In this document: positions 41,017 to 56,456 of the stretch, one piece after another
Numbering within the stretch: the first letter of the stretch is position 1
How the letters are laid out: each line of letters starts with the position of its first letter
Source of the DNA: Lingula anatina
Lineage: Eukaryota > Animalia > Brachiopoda
Direction of reading: 5' to 3'
Assembly (NCBI GenBank): GCA_051362555.1
Contig: CM120641.1
Coordinates: 47,498,401 to 47,562,400 of the forward strand
Length of the DNA: 64,000 bases
Notes under the pieces: generated by a model
Told to the model about the DNA's origin: nothing
Seen by the model: only the letters and a program-made list of their open reading frames with translations
The model's database searches: none
Made by a program: the position numbers and the translations under genes

Positions 41017-43489
41017 TGTGTCTTGTTTAAGATGAGAGCTGCCAAAAATGTGCCCAGGATCATAAAAAAATAATGCCATGTTTAAGATGAGAACTGCCCA
41101 GGATTATAAAAAAATAATGTCATGTTTATGATGGGAGCGATCAAGGAAAGTGCCCAGGAGAAAAATTAACTGAATTTGGTTCTTTGACAAGTGAAATACA
41201 AGTTGCATCATTATTGGTATCTCATACACTTTCAAACTTTTTCTTTTGCTCGTATTTGGATACCACTGGATTCTGGACAAATGTTTTGTATGTTGATTAT
41301 AATGTGATATAGTGTTGGCGTTTCCAGTCCAGCAAAAAAATGTAGCTATCGTACCATGAAGGTTTTTTTCAACCGATTTCTGTACATAATTGTAAAGATT
41401 ACTTGAATGGTCATGAAATAAAATTGTACAGAAAGATGATCATGTTTTCATTGTCTGTTGGATTTAGGGGCTCATCAGATAAAATAGGGGTAATTTTCAG
41501 TTGTACTCACGTGCATTGTTGTATTTGAAAAGAAGTTTCCATTGCTTAAGATGTGCGCGTCTGTTACTTAACAAAATTATTATTTGAAACGTAAGCGACG
41601 TCATAGTTTTAATTAAAGTATACCCTGCAATGTTTAAACGTAACGAAAAACATTTAAACTAAATTGTTATTAAAAAGGTGTTAAACGTGGAATCCAAGTG
41701 CAAGGTCGGGTCGAGAAATGGTTTGTGAGTTGGACAAAATCACTTATTTTTCAAGGAAATTAGATTTGGCGGGAAAACTCCAGATAAAATCAAACCTCAC
41801 TTTGCTTCGAAGGCAGTTGTTGAGAATATATTTCTTGACATGTGACTTACACCTGAATGCGCAGCAAAGTAATATTAGCTGTTGGCTTGCAATTCAAAGC
41901 ACTTATAATTTCACTCTAATTTAAGAATTTTTGGTCCTTGATAAGACTGGTTTTCGTAGTGTCTGAACCACACACTGACTCAAACACTACACTGACAGCA
42001 TTATGACAAACTGTGAAGTGACACTGACCGCGCTGTAGTAAGATAAGACCTTTTAAGTGAATTAAACCCGCTTCTCTACTCTCCACCAGAGACTCTTTTA
42101 GCTGTGTTTTTTAAAACACTTAAAATTGGTGAAGACATTATAATAGAAATTACCCCGACACTATATGAACTTGGGGTTCACGTTCAGCATTACGACTGGC
42201 TTTTAACTTCAGACCAGGAAGCAAGCTTTTCTTATCTCACTGAACAATATGTCAAAGCACTTGTCATTACTATATGGTTGACCTCGTCGAAATTCTGAAG
42301 TTATTATTACAGCCCGGCGTCCTCGTAACACGATGGTGTCCACTTACATGAACTAACAAAGGATGCATGGCTTAACGCTCCAATGCCTATTGGAGCCTTT
42401 TGGACAAACACGTTTGCATTTTTTCGCTTTGTGGTATATATTTAGAAACATGAAACAAATTGAAATGAGGTCAATATCAAAATAAGTATTATATTTTAAT
42501 TAATATCTTCTCGATAATTTTCAGATGACTCTATTTCGTAAAATGTATCGAAGACGGTAAATAAGCTATTGGAGACTACGGCATGTTAACGTAGCACCAA
42601 AAATAAATTCTCCGTTACTGATGTTGTTGGGGAATATATCATGTTGAACTTTTGTCCTCGGGGCAATATCATCTCCGAAGCAGAATGGGCGTTGACAAAA
42701 AAATACTTTCATTGAAAGGGATTATTATAATAAATTACGCACCGTATAGTAAAGCAAAAGCACACTGAAGTCACAATTCACCTCTTTAAGGTTAGGAGCG
42801 ACTTTGTATTGTTGATTTCACCAGGGATGACAAAAAGCTACTGAATAGAAATTTTAGATTTATAATCGACCAAGGTGTTACTGGATTGATTTTAATCAAT
42901 TATTAAAATAATTATTTATTTTCGAATTATTTCATGAAAAACAAAATAGACACAGCAAGAGAAATGATGGACTAATTTAAATGTAAGTGTAGAAGGTTTG
43001 GACCTTCTGACTTGAGAAATAATAAGCTCGCAGTGACACTGTACGGAGCCATTTGATCCCGGTTAGCATTTACGGTCCACGCCCTGCCCCAGACAGTAGT
43101 AATATGACCGCCACTGCACGAGACAAGATCGTAATAAGCAGCCTTGAAGACAAATTGTTTAATTGAGGCCAGATTACCGGCCTGTAACTCGCGTGCGCTT
43201 CGATTTTATGTCAGCAGATAGGACGTATGTCCGATACTTCTTAACTTCTCTTAGCTCATACATGGATTAAATAATTAACATCTATATATACAAATGCTAA
43301 AACAGTCTGTGCTTGCACACCACAGTGTTTATAAGAAAAGGCAAATTTTATAAATTTTGGGATTAGTTTTAGACTTCTGATGACTCTGAGTAACTTGTCA
43401 CATTATAATTGGAATTATCGTTTGTCTCGAATAAATCTCGAGAAAAAGAAGTTTCAGTGGTATTAGCTGAAACTTACAAATACTGGCTT

Positions 43490-43520
<31 letters not shown>

Positions 43521-44370
43521 TTTTCTTGCGTGACTCAAACAAATTCACCAGCTCCAAAGTGTCCAAGATAGACAGAGCTTGTTGTAGTTCTTTTCCACAA
43601 GACATTGCTTTGGTGAATGTGTTCTACCTTACTTTTCATTAATAATCTTGTCACTTTATAAAAAATAGCCCTTGTTTTGGAATAGAATACACATAATAAG
43701 CCTTCGTGATTACTTATTTAAGCGAACTGCAAACCGTGGAAGTAAATAAGAGCCAAAAAACAATTAAAGCAATGATTTTTATCCCTCACCTAGTGAGCTG
43801 CAGTATTATTTGACATGGATAAAGAATGAATCCTTCTCCAACTCTCAGTTTAATAGCTCTACATCCTTTAAAGCATATTACTATTGCGGGTTACATTTTT
43901 TGGAATCTCGTGACTAGTATTTGTTAAAGGTGTTTATTCAAACCCGTAAAATAGCGCTATTCACCAAAGGCAAACCTTTGAGGCCAAACCCTACTATCAC
44001 GGATCGATCGTGACATCGGCTGTGCTTTTGTGTTTGATATACACGCCAAACAATAGATTTTTACCTGTTCGCGCTAAAGCGCACGGTTCATATTGGGTCT
44101 TTAGCTGGGACGTGTCAGCTGGTCTTGGGTGTGAGCCACGGAGGTTAACACCACTGTTTCCCAGCACATGGGCGTAACCAGTCAGGTGTTTCAAGGAGAG
44201 CACTTGCACTGTAGGCCCTTTGTAAAAAAGGGGTTACTTTTAAGTCGTAGACGCCCAAGTTTTAGGCCCTATCCGTTGAACAGAAACAGATAAAGTGAGA
44301 GAGGAGGAAGTAAGAGTAGGAGAGGTGGAGGAAGTTAGGAAGGACTAACTGAACTGCTCAATTTCAATTT

Positions 44371-47300
44371 ATGTCTGGCAGAATGAAAGAGACGCGGGTT
44401 CTGCTACTGTTAAGTCTGTGCTACATCACACTACGGTCTTGTCAGGTGAGTACTGATAACTTCGGTGTCATATATCCATAATCATTCCGCTGTAAACTTT
44501 TCACTAATAACTAGACACACCCTGCAGCAGGCAAAGGCCGCCTCATCGATTGGAACATGGTGATGCTTATATGGAGGCAACAGTAATGTTCACGCATACC
44601 GGGTACTGATGTAAAATACTTTGTTGGGATAAGGCGGTATTTCTTTTAAATGTTTCACATATTTTCAAAACTTTAATAGCGCCCCTAAAGCATGACTTCT
44701 ATAATATGGATTATATAAAGTAAACACACTTTCTCTTGTTGCGTAATTGCCTTTGTAAATCTAGCTTCTGAATAATATTGTGGTTATATTACTGAGTAGC
44801 AGTCTTGGTTTTGTGGTGATTTTAACTCCGAAATATACACTCTGACCGACTTTGCGATATTTGAAACCATAAAGATTCACCTGTCGTGAGTTTTAACCCA
44901 CGGACAAATAGCTTCTTTGTAAAGATGTATGTGTTAAGGGTGGGGTCGTATATTCTTTTGCATTGTACATAATATTTAAATATCAGCTGCGTTTCATGAG
45001 GCAGTGGCCAGCGTAAGATAAAAAAATGAGATGTTTTTATTCGATATTGGCCTAACTGTAAAACAGTATTTAATCATTGAAACAGTTATCACTGGCTGAT
45101 ACAGGGGTCGGACAGCAAGTACACTGTACCGAGCTTAGGGACGCTCCCCTGGCCCCCTTCGGGGCACTGCCCCCCCCCCCCACCCCCCTTCATCACCTTC
45201 TCAACCTTCTGCCTTCCCTCAATTACTAAAGCATGGAGAAAAAAATTTCCTTCCCTGTGTCCTATTTTTTGTTGTCAAATTATTCTCGTCTACTTTAATA
45301 TAGGCCAGTGCCGAGCTGAACGTGGACATATTTCTATCCCCCCTCCCCCGCCCGCTCTCCGGCCCCCGGCCTTAGCAAAATTTTGAATATGCCAATGATT
45401 ATAATTATATATATATATATATATATATATGGCAACCTCGAGGCTGAAGGTTTGACGCCACCCACTACTGGTAATCTTTAATTGTACCACCAGCTTAGAA
45501 TTGGAGCTACGGGCCGAGGATTAGGCCTAGGCCTACCTCCTGCTTTACCGTGTATCGCGTATTTACCGTAGGCCTACTCTGCGTTATCCCCCGTCGCTTG
45601 TAATTCCTTACCTCAATATTCTACACAATATGTAAAGACCAATATATTCATTCTTTCGTTGACAGTGACATTTGGGGTCACCCTTACCTAACCTCTGTTT
45701 TTTTTTTTTTTTTTTTTTTTTGGGGGGGGGGGAGGGGTTAGACGGTGCATTTCTACACGTGAAAAAAAAAGCTGTTGGCATTCGTCAACCTGGTCAACGT
45801 GCACCTGCCACACTGAGACATTAAGAATATTAGATGTCCATGTATTTTTACGGTTCAATAGTTAGATTTTGTTTAAGTAATACCCCAAATATATATCAGT
45901 ATCTAAAGAAGATCCAGAAGATAACTCATATGTGAAGAATCCAAAATTGGCTACCACACAATAGAAAAGATAGAAAATAACCCATGCAGTGTATATAGGT
46001 AGGCCTATTGCATGTTGCGTTGCTTGGGTTAATATATGCATGGTTTTAAAATGTTGGCACTGCTGTTTTTCATAATCGCCAAGGACCTCTGCAAGTATGT
46101 TATATACATTGTCTACTACTATATATATATATATACTTGGGTTGCAAAAGTACTTAGTGTCAGCCACCAGGGCCTGCTCGCCAAAACTGAAAATTCTCAG
46201 AAAACCTGCTTAAGCACAGTAGGCCTACTGAAAATATTTCTTTTCTTCTACGGATAAAACAAAGTTAGTGCTCATAGGTAAAAATTTAGGTTATGCTGGT
46301 AGGTCTTCAATAGTGAAGGATCCATTTCTGTCCCATTTAAAGAATAGGTGTCAACCCAAACTTCATGTGTATTGTAACTCTGTAGTAAAGCGAACCATTA
46401 AGTGAATGGGCTCGTCTTGCTAATGTTAAACTCTTCAGTGGCAGGAGTATTTATTACACCAAATTGAAATTAGGAATGTTTGTGAGAGAGGAGGAGAATT
46501 TTCTGCAAAGTGTGATTCAAACCGCGTCATATACCAGTCGCAAGTAATAATCCTATTCTTAGAAGAGTCGATATCTTAGTATCAAAGTCACGTTACCTCC
46601 ACGTGGACTCCTGATGGCTTTTATCCTGATCAGTCCAGAGAGTTGGAGTTCCAGGAAGTACAAATGGTTTTGTCTGGCTGTGTGCCTTGTCTGCTGTGGA
46701 CATAGTGTTGTTGGAGTCAGAATGGGCCAGGGGAATAACCACTCCCCATAGAGGAAAAGGATCTGATTCAACTACAAGTAGAACTCTTTTAAGTCGTTGA
46801 CGAATGCATCCCCAGTGTTATTAGTGACAACACTTACAGTATATGTTGATGACTATATTGGTACTTAAAAGTACCATGAATGCTACCACGGCCTTTATTG
46901 TTGTGTTACATGTTGAACTCAGACACTTGATCTGCCTCACTTGGGATTTCTGTTTCTCAATTTTTCTAGAAGTAAAATGGTTTATTAAACTTCAAGTGGC
47001 TTTTGTTATTTAGGATTGGGACATACCTTTGTTGATGGATGAACAATATCTATCCTGCCCACACCTTAAATTATGTTACTCTACCATGTGTGGGAGTTTC
47101 ACACAGAGAATGCGCTTGTGCCATACACATATTACATATGTTAACCATATTGCTAGAGCTGTATCAGACAAGAAATTGTACGTGTGAGGGTGAAGCTGGG
47201 AATGTTATCTTAGAAAGCAATGTATACATTAATACACAAAACAATACAAAAATTATAGTACTTACGGAAGCTTATAGACAAAATGCCATGCTGTATCATA

Positions 47301-49783
47301 GTAGAGAAAAAAGCATTCACACAATATTTTAATTTTACCCTGATCCCATTCCTCAATCCAGCCATATTTGGCAATGGCTTCCTTTTTGACCCCTTGGTAT
47401 TTAAGATTGGGACAGACAAGTACCTTGAGGGATGAGCAATGATTACCCTGCTCTTGTGTTGGAATTTCACAAAGATTATTTGCTTGTGCCATATAAATAT
47501 TCAGTACATATATTTTCCATATTGTTAGAGTAGTGTGAGGTAGAGGTAAATTCTGTCTGTGATGGTGAAATCTTAGAACTGGAGCCATGTTTTAACAACT
47601 TTCAACCATGAATATGTGTTTTTTTATACAATACAAAATTACAGTACTGTCAGAAGAATATAGACAACACATTATGCTGAATAATATAACTAGAGAAAAA
47701 AGCATTCACACAATATTAAATTTGACCATTGCCCCATTCCTCCATCCAGCCTTCTTTGGGAATGGCTTACTTTTCAACTCCTCGGTGATCTAAAGAAATG
47801 AAAGAAAGATAAATAAATTAACCTAGATAGCCACATGATTACCCAGATTTGATTAAACTGTGTCCTGCAATATGGCGACTTGTTTATCTTCTGATGCCTT
47901 GATATAAAACGATTGTCTGTGTCTTCCATTATCTTTTTAGGGAGCATGTGAGCAGTCCTTTCAGTGCCCGGAGGGTGAGTTCACTGAATTCATAAAGATA
48001 TGTTAATTATTCACTTCTTCCCTCTTTAAGACTGGGTTTCCACACCTAGATTGATCTAAAAGGATCGATCCATCTCCTAGGGTTTTTTTTTTTTGCTAAA
48101 TGTCTTTTAGCTTAAGCAGCTTAGATGTCTGGCTTGGCTGCCAAAGCTGCTAAACAATAATTAATTGCCCCCTAGCAGCTTCTGTAAGTGCGAAAGACAT
48201 CTAAGCCACTTAAGTTGATTGCAATTTGGTGAGAATACCCTCAGAGATAGATCGATTCACAGTTAGTAGGATAGTAGATTTGTAATTTCTTTGTCATGGG
48301 TATAGTTTTAGCTAGATAACTGTAAAGTGTGTGTGTTAATACATAAACTTCCTAATTTCCCTCTGTAGCAATTAAACTACTGTGTTATGTGAATCAAATT
48401 TTATCTGAATGTATATTGACACTGATATCTGTGTGGTTTTATTTCTCATGTTATCTTATATTTCAGGATGGGTGCGTAGAGAGGCTCAGTGTTTTAAAGC
48501 CTATAGTCTTCAGCTTGGATGGAAAGATGCATCAGGAGTTTGTGAAAGGTACAAGAAATATGTGAGCTAAAAAAAAAAATATATCTGAAAATTATGAAAT
48601 TTCACATTGGCTGTGTCATATGAGCAGAAATGTGTTTAAGGTTGAAAATGATAACTCTTTGACACAGTATATGAAAAATCAGTAAGTCATGTCCATCCTA
48701 TTTGAATAGGTTTTTTGTAAACATAATGAAATAAAGCATATATATTCTATATTTATATTACTATATATTTCCATAGGCATGGTGCCAGGTTAGTGACTGT
48801 CAAGGACAGAGAGACTGCTGATTTTATAGCTGGTGTTGTGAGAAATGCTAGTGTGAACACATCCTACTGGATAGGTATTGGACTTCCTTCTGTCCTCTGC
48901 TTTATTTACATTTATTCTCACCCTTGCCACTGTAATGGAACAGAGTGATTAAAAATTCACTTCAGTTTATTTTGATGTATTTCAGTTTTATCTTATTTGA
49001 TATCTGTACCACACTTTTTGCAGAATAATTGTTTATTGGAATGATTTTCTGAGAAGAGCAAAGATGTATTCAGTATAAATTGATATATGGTTAAAACTAA
49101 ATACTAAGTATTACTCTTTGAATTAAATAGGTTTAAAGAGTGAAGATAACTTAGTAGAAGGAGAATGGAGAAATGGCCAGGAAATGTCACTCCAGTATGG
49201 TTTCTGGTACGGGGATGAGCCAAATACAGCTGAAGAAAAACTCTGCACATCAGCCCTGCAAAATGAGGACAACACGTGGAAGATGGAGAAATGCACGGAA
49301 GTAAAGCTGCCTTTCGTTTGCATGTCTGTTGCTTGCATAAATGGTAAGTGAAATATATTTTAATTTTAAGATAATAAAAGAATTTGCTCTTTTATTTCAT
49401 GCTTTGTGAATTACGATCTTTTTATTCTATTTTCGTTGTTGTTATACATTGTTTTGTTTAGTTAAGTGTTTATGTTATAATTAGCAACTCGAGACCTCTT
49501 AATCTTATTTGAAATATTCTGTTTGCATCATATAAGCCTGTGTGTATATTCCAGACTTCCTTCACTGTTTTAATGACCAGTGTGTGCTGTCTTCATTGAG
49601 ATGTAATGGTGTAGATGACTGTGGAGACATGACAGATGAAATGATGTGCAGTATGTAGCACAATTTAAATACCAGGATTATAGCAGATTTAGATTGCTTT
49701 TGGCTTTTATTATGTACAGACACAGATGTGTCTGTACATATAGCCATCATCTGCGTCTGTCGTCGCCGTCGTCGCTGTCGCCG

Positions 49784-49814
<31 letters not shown>

Positions 49815-52800
49815 GCACTTTTACCGATAACACGATAAGTGGAAAACCATTTTGCCTTTTGATTTGAAACTTGCAGAACTGATGAATATTCATAATACGC
49901 AGGTCAAGTTCGAAAATCAGCATGATCGGGTCACTCTTAGGGAATTTATGCTGTTTTTTCACTTTTTTCAACATATATGCAGCACCGATAACACGATAAG
50001 TGGAAAACCATTGTACCTTTTGACTTGAAACTTACAGAACTGATGAATATTCATAATATGCAGGTCAAGTTCGAAAATCGGCATGATTGGGCCATTTTTA
50101 GGGAATTTATGCTGTTTTTTCACTTTTTCAGCATATATGCAGCACCGATAACACAGTAAGTGGAAAACCATTTTACCTTTTGGCTTGAAACTTACAGAAC
50201 TGATGAAAATTCTTAATACGCAGGTCAAGTTCGAAAATCAGCATGATTGGGCCATTTTTAGGGAATTTATGCTGTTTTTTCACTTTTCAATATAAATGCA
50301 ACACTGATAACACAATATAAGAAAAACGGATCGGCCAATTGGCATTATATTCACAGGAGTGGTCAATCTTACTAAAATGCAGGTTGAGTTCGAAAATCAG
50401 CATAATCGGGCCATTATTTTAGAAGTTATACTGTTTTTTCACATTTCCTCAGATTCAATTATTAGGCATGTTAACAGTCTCATTATTGAACTAATTAGAT
50501 GCGTAAAAGTGTTTGTTTGATATTTCCTGCATCTTTACAACATTGTAAGTTGATTATGTAAAAAACATGGTAAACTTGTTATCATGTATTGTGTAATAAA
50601 GTGTCAAAAATGGAAATAAACTCATATCATTGCAGTTTGTCAGATTCAATCATCCACTATGTTCAGAATCTCAGAATGGAGGAAATTGGACATTTAACAC
50701 TGTTCTATTGATACTTTTCCCATCTCATCAATTTTCTTAGTTGGTCATATAAAAATGGCAGTAAAATGTTTATTTTGTTTTATGTTAAAAAAGTGTTAAA
50801 AATGGAAATAAACCCATTTCAGGACAGTGCTGTCTTGTTTACATTTTGGCATTTTCAAGATGTGACTTTGAAGTTCCATGGGCCTGAAGACCTTTGCTTG
50901 TCATGTTTTCTGAATGTCCATGTTACTAATATTTTATTAATAACATTTGATGGTTATTATGCTGTTAAACATTATGTAACGTTGCATCAAAATTTGAAGA
51001 AACCCCTATTTAGGGCACTGCTCCTATGATGACCATTTAAGGGAAAACATGTCACTTGCTGTTCTCAAACTTACAAGAAAGAAACATGGGTCTAACATAC
51101 AGCCTCAGTAGGCAATGCAGTCTGTTTGGTAAATTTTCCTGGCAATTTAACAGTTTTTTGTGAAAATTTAATTTTTCACTTATTGACATTTTCAAGGTGC
51201 GACTTAGAACCTCCACGGGCTTGAAGACCCTTGCTAGTCACATTTTCTGAAAATCCATGACACATATATTTTATCATTTAAAATTGATGGTCATTATGCT
51301 GTTAAGCATTATGTAATGTTGCATCAAAATAGAAGAAAACACAATATTTGGTGCTGCTGCCATGATGACCATTATGGGAAAACGGTGTTACTTATTACTG
51401 TCAAACTTTCAAAAAAGGAAACACAGGACTAAAATGCAGCCCGAGTTGGAAAAGCAGTCTAATTGGCTTCTTTTTCTGGAAGTTATACACTTAATGAAGT
51501 ATTCATTATCTTTTTGGCATATTCATTGTGGGACTCAGAGCTCCCATGGACATGAAGCCTAATGGTAATCAAATTTTCTACATGTCCATGCTATTTATAG
51601 TCAATAATCAAAAATTGGTGATAATTATTCTATAATTTATTATGTAATGTTACATCAAAATTGACAATAATCTTTTTGCACTGCTACTGCAAACATTATG
51701 AAAAGAAAACTGTGTTACTTATTATTATATTTAACTTATAAGTACGATTTTTAGGATTGGCATGCAGTTCAAATTAGAAAGCCAGGTCAATTGGGTCATC
51801 ATTTTTATTAAATTTATGCATTTTTTGTGAAATTTTCATTTTTCTCATTCTGGCACTTTCTAATTGAAAACTTGAACTCTGATGGGCCTGGAGCCTTATG
51901 CTTTTACTTTCATCAGCATTACCTGTTGTGCATAATTAAAATTTTATGTTGACTGTGCAGTTAAACATAATGTATTATTGCATCAGAATTGGGAAGTCTC
52001 CTATTTTTGTGCATTATTGTTTTCTGCTTTTCTTAAGGTGTGACTTATGGGCCTGAAGACCTTTGATAGACAAATTTGTGTGGTCAGTCTGTTAATTCCC
52101 CTTGGGTATTCACAAGGCTAATTTCAGTGCTATAAACTCATTTACCTAATTAAGTAGCCATTAATTGAAATTTCATAAAGCACACTTGTTGATATTTCCC
52201 TGTTAAGCTCTCTGCTAGATAACATAGTGTCCATAATAAGGAAGCAGTGAATAACAGCTTCATTAGAATTATATTTTTGTTGTTTCTATTTAATTTTTTC
52301 TCCAACACTGGCATTTTTAAGATGTGATTTTTAACTCCCATCCACCTGAGGCTGTGCACATTTTCAGTATTTCCACATAAGCAGCTGTATTGGTATTTAT
52401 GTCTTTAAACACGATGTAATATTATTTTATGCACTGTCATCATTTTTCATATATAGGGACTTTCATCATGTGAATTTTAACTCTCATGGTCCTGACATTG
52501 TAATCTTATTGAAAGGGTGGATTAAGACCATCTTCTGGGTCTCCTGGAAGACAGTCAGATTTTACAGTTTATATTAACGGGTTTTTGTTGGAAGACTATC
52601 AAAATGGAGGATGGATCAACAAAGATACTTTGGAATACTGTCAGAAAATATCTCTGAATCTGCTCCTGTTATTGACCATGTTACCTGTTGTGCATGATTA
52701 AAAATCAGTGTTGACTGACTGTGCTATTATAAGCATTTATTATTGCATCAAAATTGACATAATGACCTATTTTGCATCTTTTTTTTTCTGTTTTTTGTCT

Positions 52801-55800
52801 GTACATTTGACAGCTTTGCTGCCTTGTATATATATATATATGCTACCTATATATGCTATGTATGTATGCTACCTTAAGTACAAAATTTTTCAGTAATTTT
52901 ACTCCAAGAATTTATTCAACTTATAACAAAAGATTTAAATGCCAAGAAGCATGGATTTAATTGATGATTGAATATATGTGGTTTTCTGGTCCTGATTATA
53001 ATGTCCATTTTCTGCATTTGCTAGGTGATCTGAACAGTGAATATATGTATAGTGAGAGTGGAGGTAATATTAAATATCCAGCATCAGGCTCATACAGCAA
53101 CAAAGAGAGTAAAACATGGACTCTCAAAGCCCCCAGTGGTAAAAGAATAAAGCTACAGGTAAAGAGAGTGTGATATTTCTATTGTTTTTAATTTGATTGA
53201 AGTTTACTGCCTTGTTGTCACAAAACTACTAGAAATGGTAGTTCATCCTAAATGATATCAATATTTCAGTCAGAAAATGTCAACTACCTCTTACATAACA
53301 TCTCAGATACCAAAACTTTTTTCCACTTTTTATACTGTTTCCATTTTAAAAAATAATGAAGGACCATGTCATGAAATAAAATGCAGAATCAATTCACATG
53401 CATGACAGATAAAAAGATACCTTTGTTCATTTACATACTGGCAATGCAAATACTAATTAAAGAATGGTAGTGCAGCAATTGTATTATTATATCATAATAT
53501 ATTGTACAAAGTTAAGGCCATGATAATTTACTTAATTGCACCAGTTAAGAAATAAATTGAATTGAATTGATAACCATGTATTCTATGTTTTACAGTTCAC
53601 AGAGTTCATCACAGAGTCTCAGCAAGACTACCTTCAAATCTGTGATGGTGGCCCAACAGAAAGCTACTGTACAGTAATAGATACAGTATCTGGGGATAAA
53701 TCCAGTTCATTCAGCTACACCAGTTCCACCAACTATTTCTTACTCAAATTCTTCAGTGATGAGTCCGTCACAAGGACGGGGTTCACTATACAATGGACTG
53801 TTGGTATGTTTTTGTGAAGAAATCGGCATACAAGATCTTAATTTTAATCATTTTTAAAATGATTTAGAAAATAAGAAATGCAGAACATTGCCTTTTATTT
53901 TGTAGTATGAACAATGCATCTGCACATGTTGTGATATTGGTAGTATTTCTAAATGTATCATGAACACATTTTGTGCATAAAACTTTGTTGACAGGTGGCT
54001 TGAAGAGTTAAGGTTTAGACTTCATCTTAACAGAACTGTCACAACTAAGAATAAAGTATTTTTGTCTCCAATCAACAGCTAATATTTAAGTTGTTAACCT
54101 CCAATACTGCAATGTCTGTCTAGAGCATCTTCACAAGGGAATGAGGCTTTTCTCATTATCAGCTGCCAATTGGAAAAAAAATTACTGCTTTATTGTTTAT
54201 AATATAACACAGCTTATGACATTGTTTTCTGAGCTGTGAATGGTGTTTTCAGTACCCAGTCCAGAGGGCGCCACACTGACTGCAGTTAACCAGCCTCAGA
54301 TGATCACCAGTCCTGGGTTTGGAACACAGTATAATGGAAAACTTAGGACAACATGGGTTATTACTACACCAGTTTTAAGACAGATCTTAACCTTACATGT
54401 AAGTCAATTGTTGTTTCATTTCTCTGAAAGATTGAGATCCTTAGGACTAGCTGGGTTATAACTACACTTATTTTAAGACAGATCTTAACTTTTCATGTAA
54501 GTCATTGGTTTGATAATGTTGATAATTTAACTTTGCCATTAGTTTGACCGATTTTGATTTTGCTGCCAGTTTTGGTCAGTTTAAAGTGACCTACATAAAT
54601 AGTTGCAATAAATGTGTCACAAAAGATGGATGAAATAACTAGAATTATATTTTTATAGTTTCATTCGATCAAACTGGCTGCTAGGGATGACTACCTTTAC
54701 ATAAGGGATGGAAACAGTCCCTATTCTTCAAAATTGTTGGAATATCGGGGTCCAGTTGATGAAGTGGACCACATCATATCATCTACTGGGCAGTCCCTGT
54801 ACATTTATCTTCACACAGAAACTATGAATGCTGAAGGAGGATTTAATGCATCTTATTTCCAAGGTGAGACATTGTGTTGTGGTTTTGGTCAATATTTATT
54901 GCGTATAGCCCTTTGACCATGGTACATTGGCATTGAAGCAGGAGAAAACATGTTAGAAAAAAATGAAATGAAAATGATTGTATTTTAGTGTCATCTGTCT
55001 GTTTGATGAACTTTTCTACTCAAATTGTTTTTCATAAGAGAACTTGGTGTGGTATTCTTAGCAGAACAACAAAATGATCACAAGGCTCTGTCTTGTAAAA
55101 AATTGCCAGCTGATTTTCAATGTTGTTTATGTACTCTAAATAAAAAATATATTATCAGCTAAATGAGCAAAAAATTTCATTAGTTTGACATTTGAATATA
55201 AATCATATAATTATTTGACAAAAGCTAGAATATCTTTTTCTGCACCATGTGTTAGCCTGCGGTCAACTTGGTTGAAGGCCTTCATCAGACTGATGTGCTG
55301 TGTAAGTTTGCCATTGATTTGGTGTAAATGAGAAATTTGCCATTTTCAAGCATGACAGTTGGTGTTTAATGTTTGTTATTCCAGGTTGTGATGTCCAGTT
55401 AACCACCAGTCAGGGGATGATAATGTCTCCAGGTTACACCATAGGAAGTTATCCCAACTCTGCCCGCTGTACCTGGAATATCTCAACACCAGGAAACCAG
55501 CCATTTGCTCTGGACTTCCAGGAATCTTTTGAATTGGAGAGTGGTGTTGATTTCCTGAAGGTAATTCTAAGTCTTAATTCAGTTAGTATTTATACTGTTT
55601 TGCTCTAAACTTGGTCACTTTCAGGGATGAAAATTCAGACTGTTAGTCAGCTAATGCAATGCAATCATAAGCATAATATGAGGCATGTTGATTGCATTTT
55701 GTTATTATGGGCTCACAGCTATATATCAGTGCAGTTTTCATTGATTGCGTAGCTGCTTGATATATGGACCACACCCTGATTATATTAAAATGAGATGACC

Positions 55801-56393
55801 AAATTTGATGTGTCAAAAGTACATTTAACGTGTGAAAGCAACATATGCTAAAAATTAAGCTCTATTATTTCTGCAAATCTCAAAAGTAAATATTTGATTT
55901 ACTGATTGCTAAAGATCTAGGATAATCAGTAAAGATCAATTTACAGAAATGGAGCTTATTCTTATGATAAGCACAAAAATTTGCAGTTTTGTTTTTGTTA
56001 AAGTTTCTGCTTCATTTTGATGTAATTTTTGTAACAATGACAGATCATATATACTCAACATTTACCAAATGCTGATCAACTCACAAACTATTCTTACCAA
56101 TCACATAATAAGTTCAATAATTAAGTTTTTATATTTAAGATCTACAATGGTACTGACACCAGCTCTAATGCCCTCCACATTGGCAGTGGGTTTACTGGCA
56201 CAGTGTTGCCATCTACAGTCCATTCATCATCAGGAGCTATGTTTATTGAGCTTACAACCAGTGCAGTGATTGCAATGAAAGGATTCATGGCTCGATTCTC
56301 TATTGGTATGGATTTAACTAATTTATTCACTATAACAGACCCACTGCACATTCTTTTTATTAAGTAAACATAATATAAAGATCTATTCATTCC

Positions 56394-56456
<63 letters not shown>

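Noticed and set aside
49747-50228. Repetitive minus-strand ORFs ([10 protein letters not shown]...)
   Set aside because: They are translations of the 160-bp tandem units and microsatellite of the HINE-like element.
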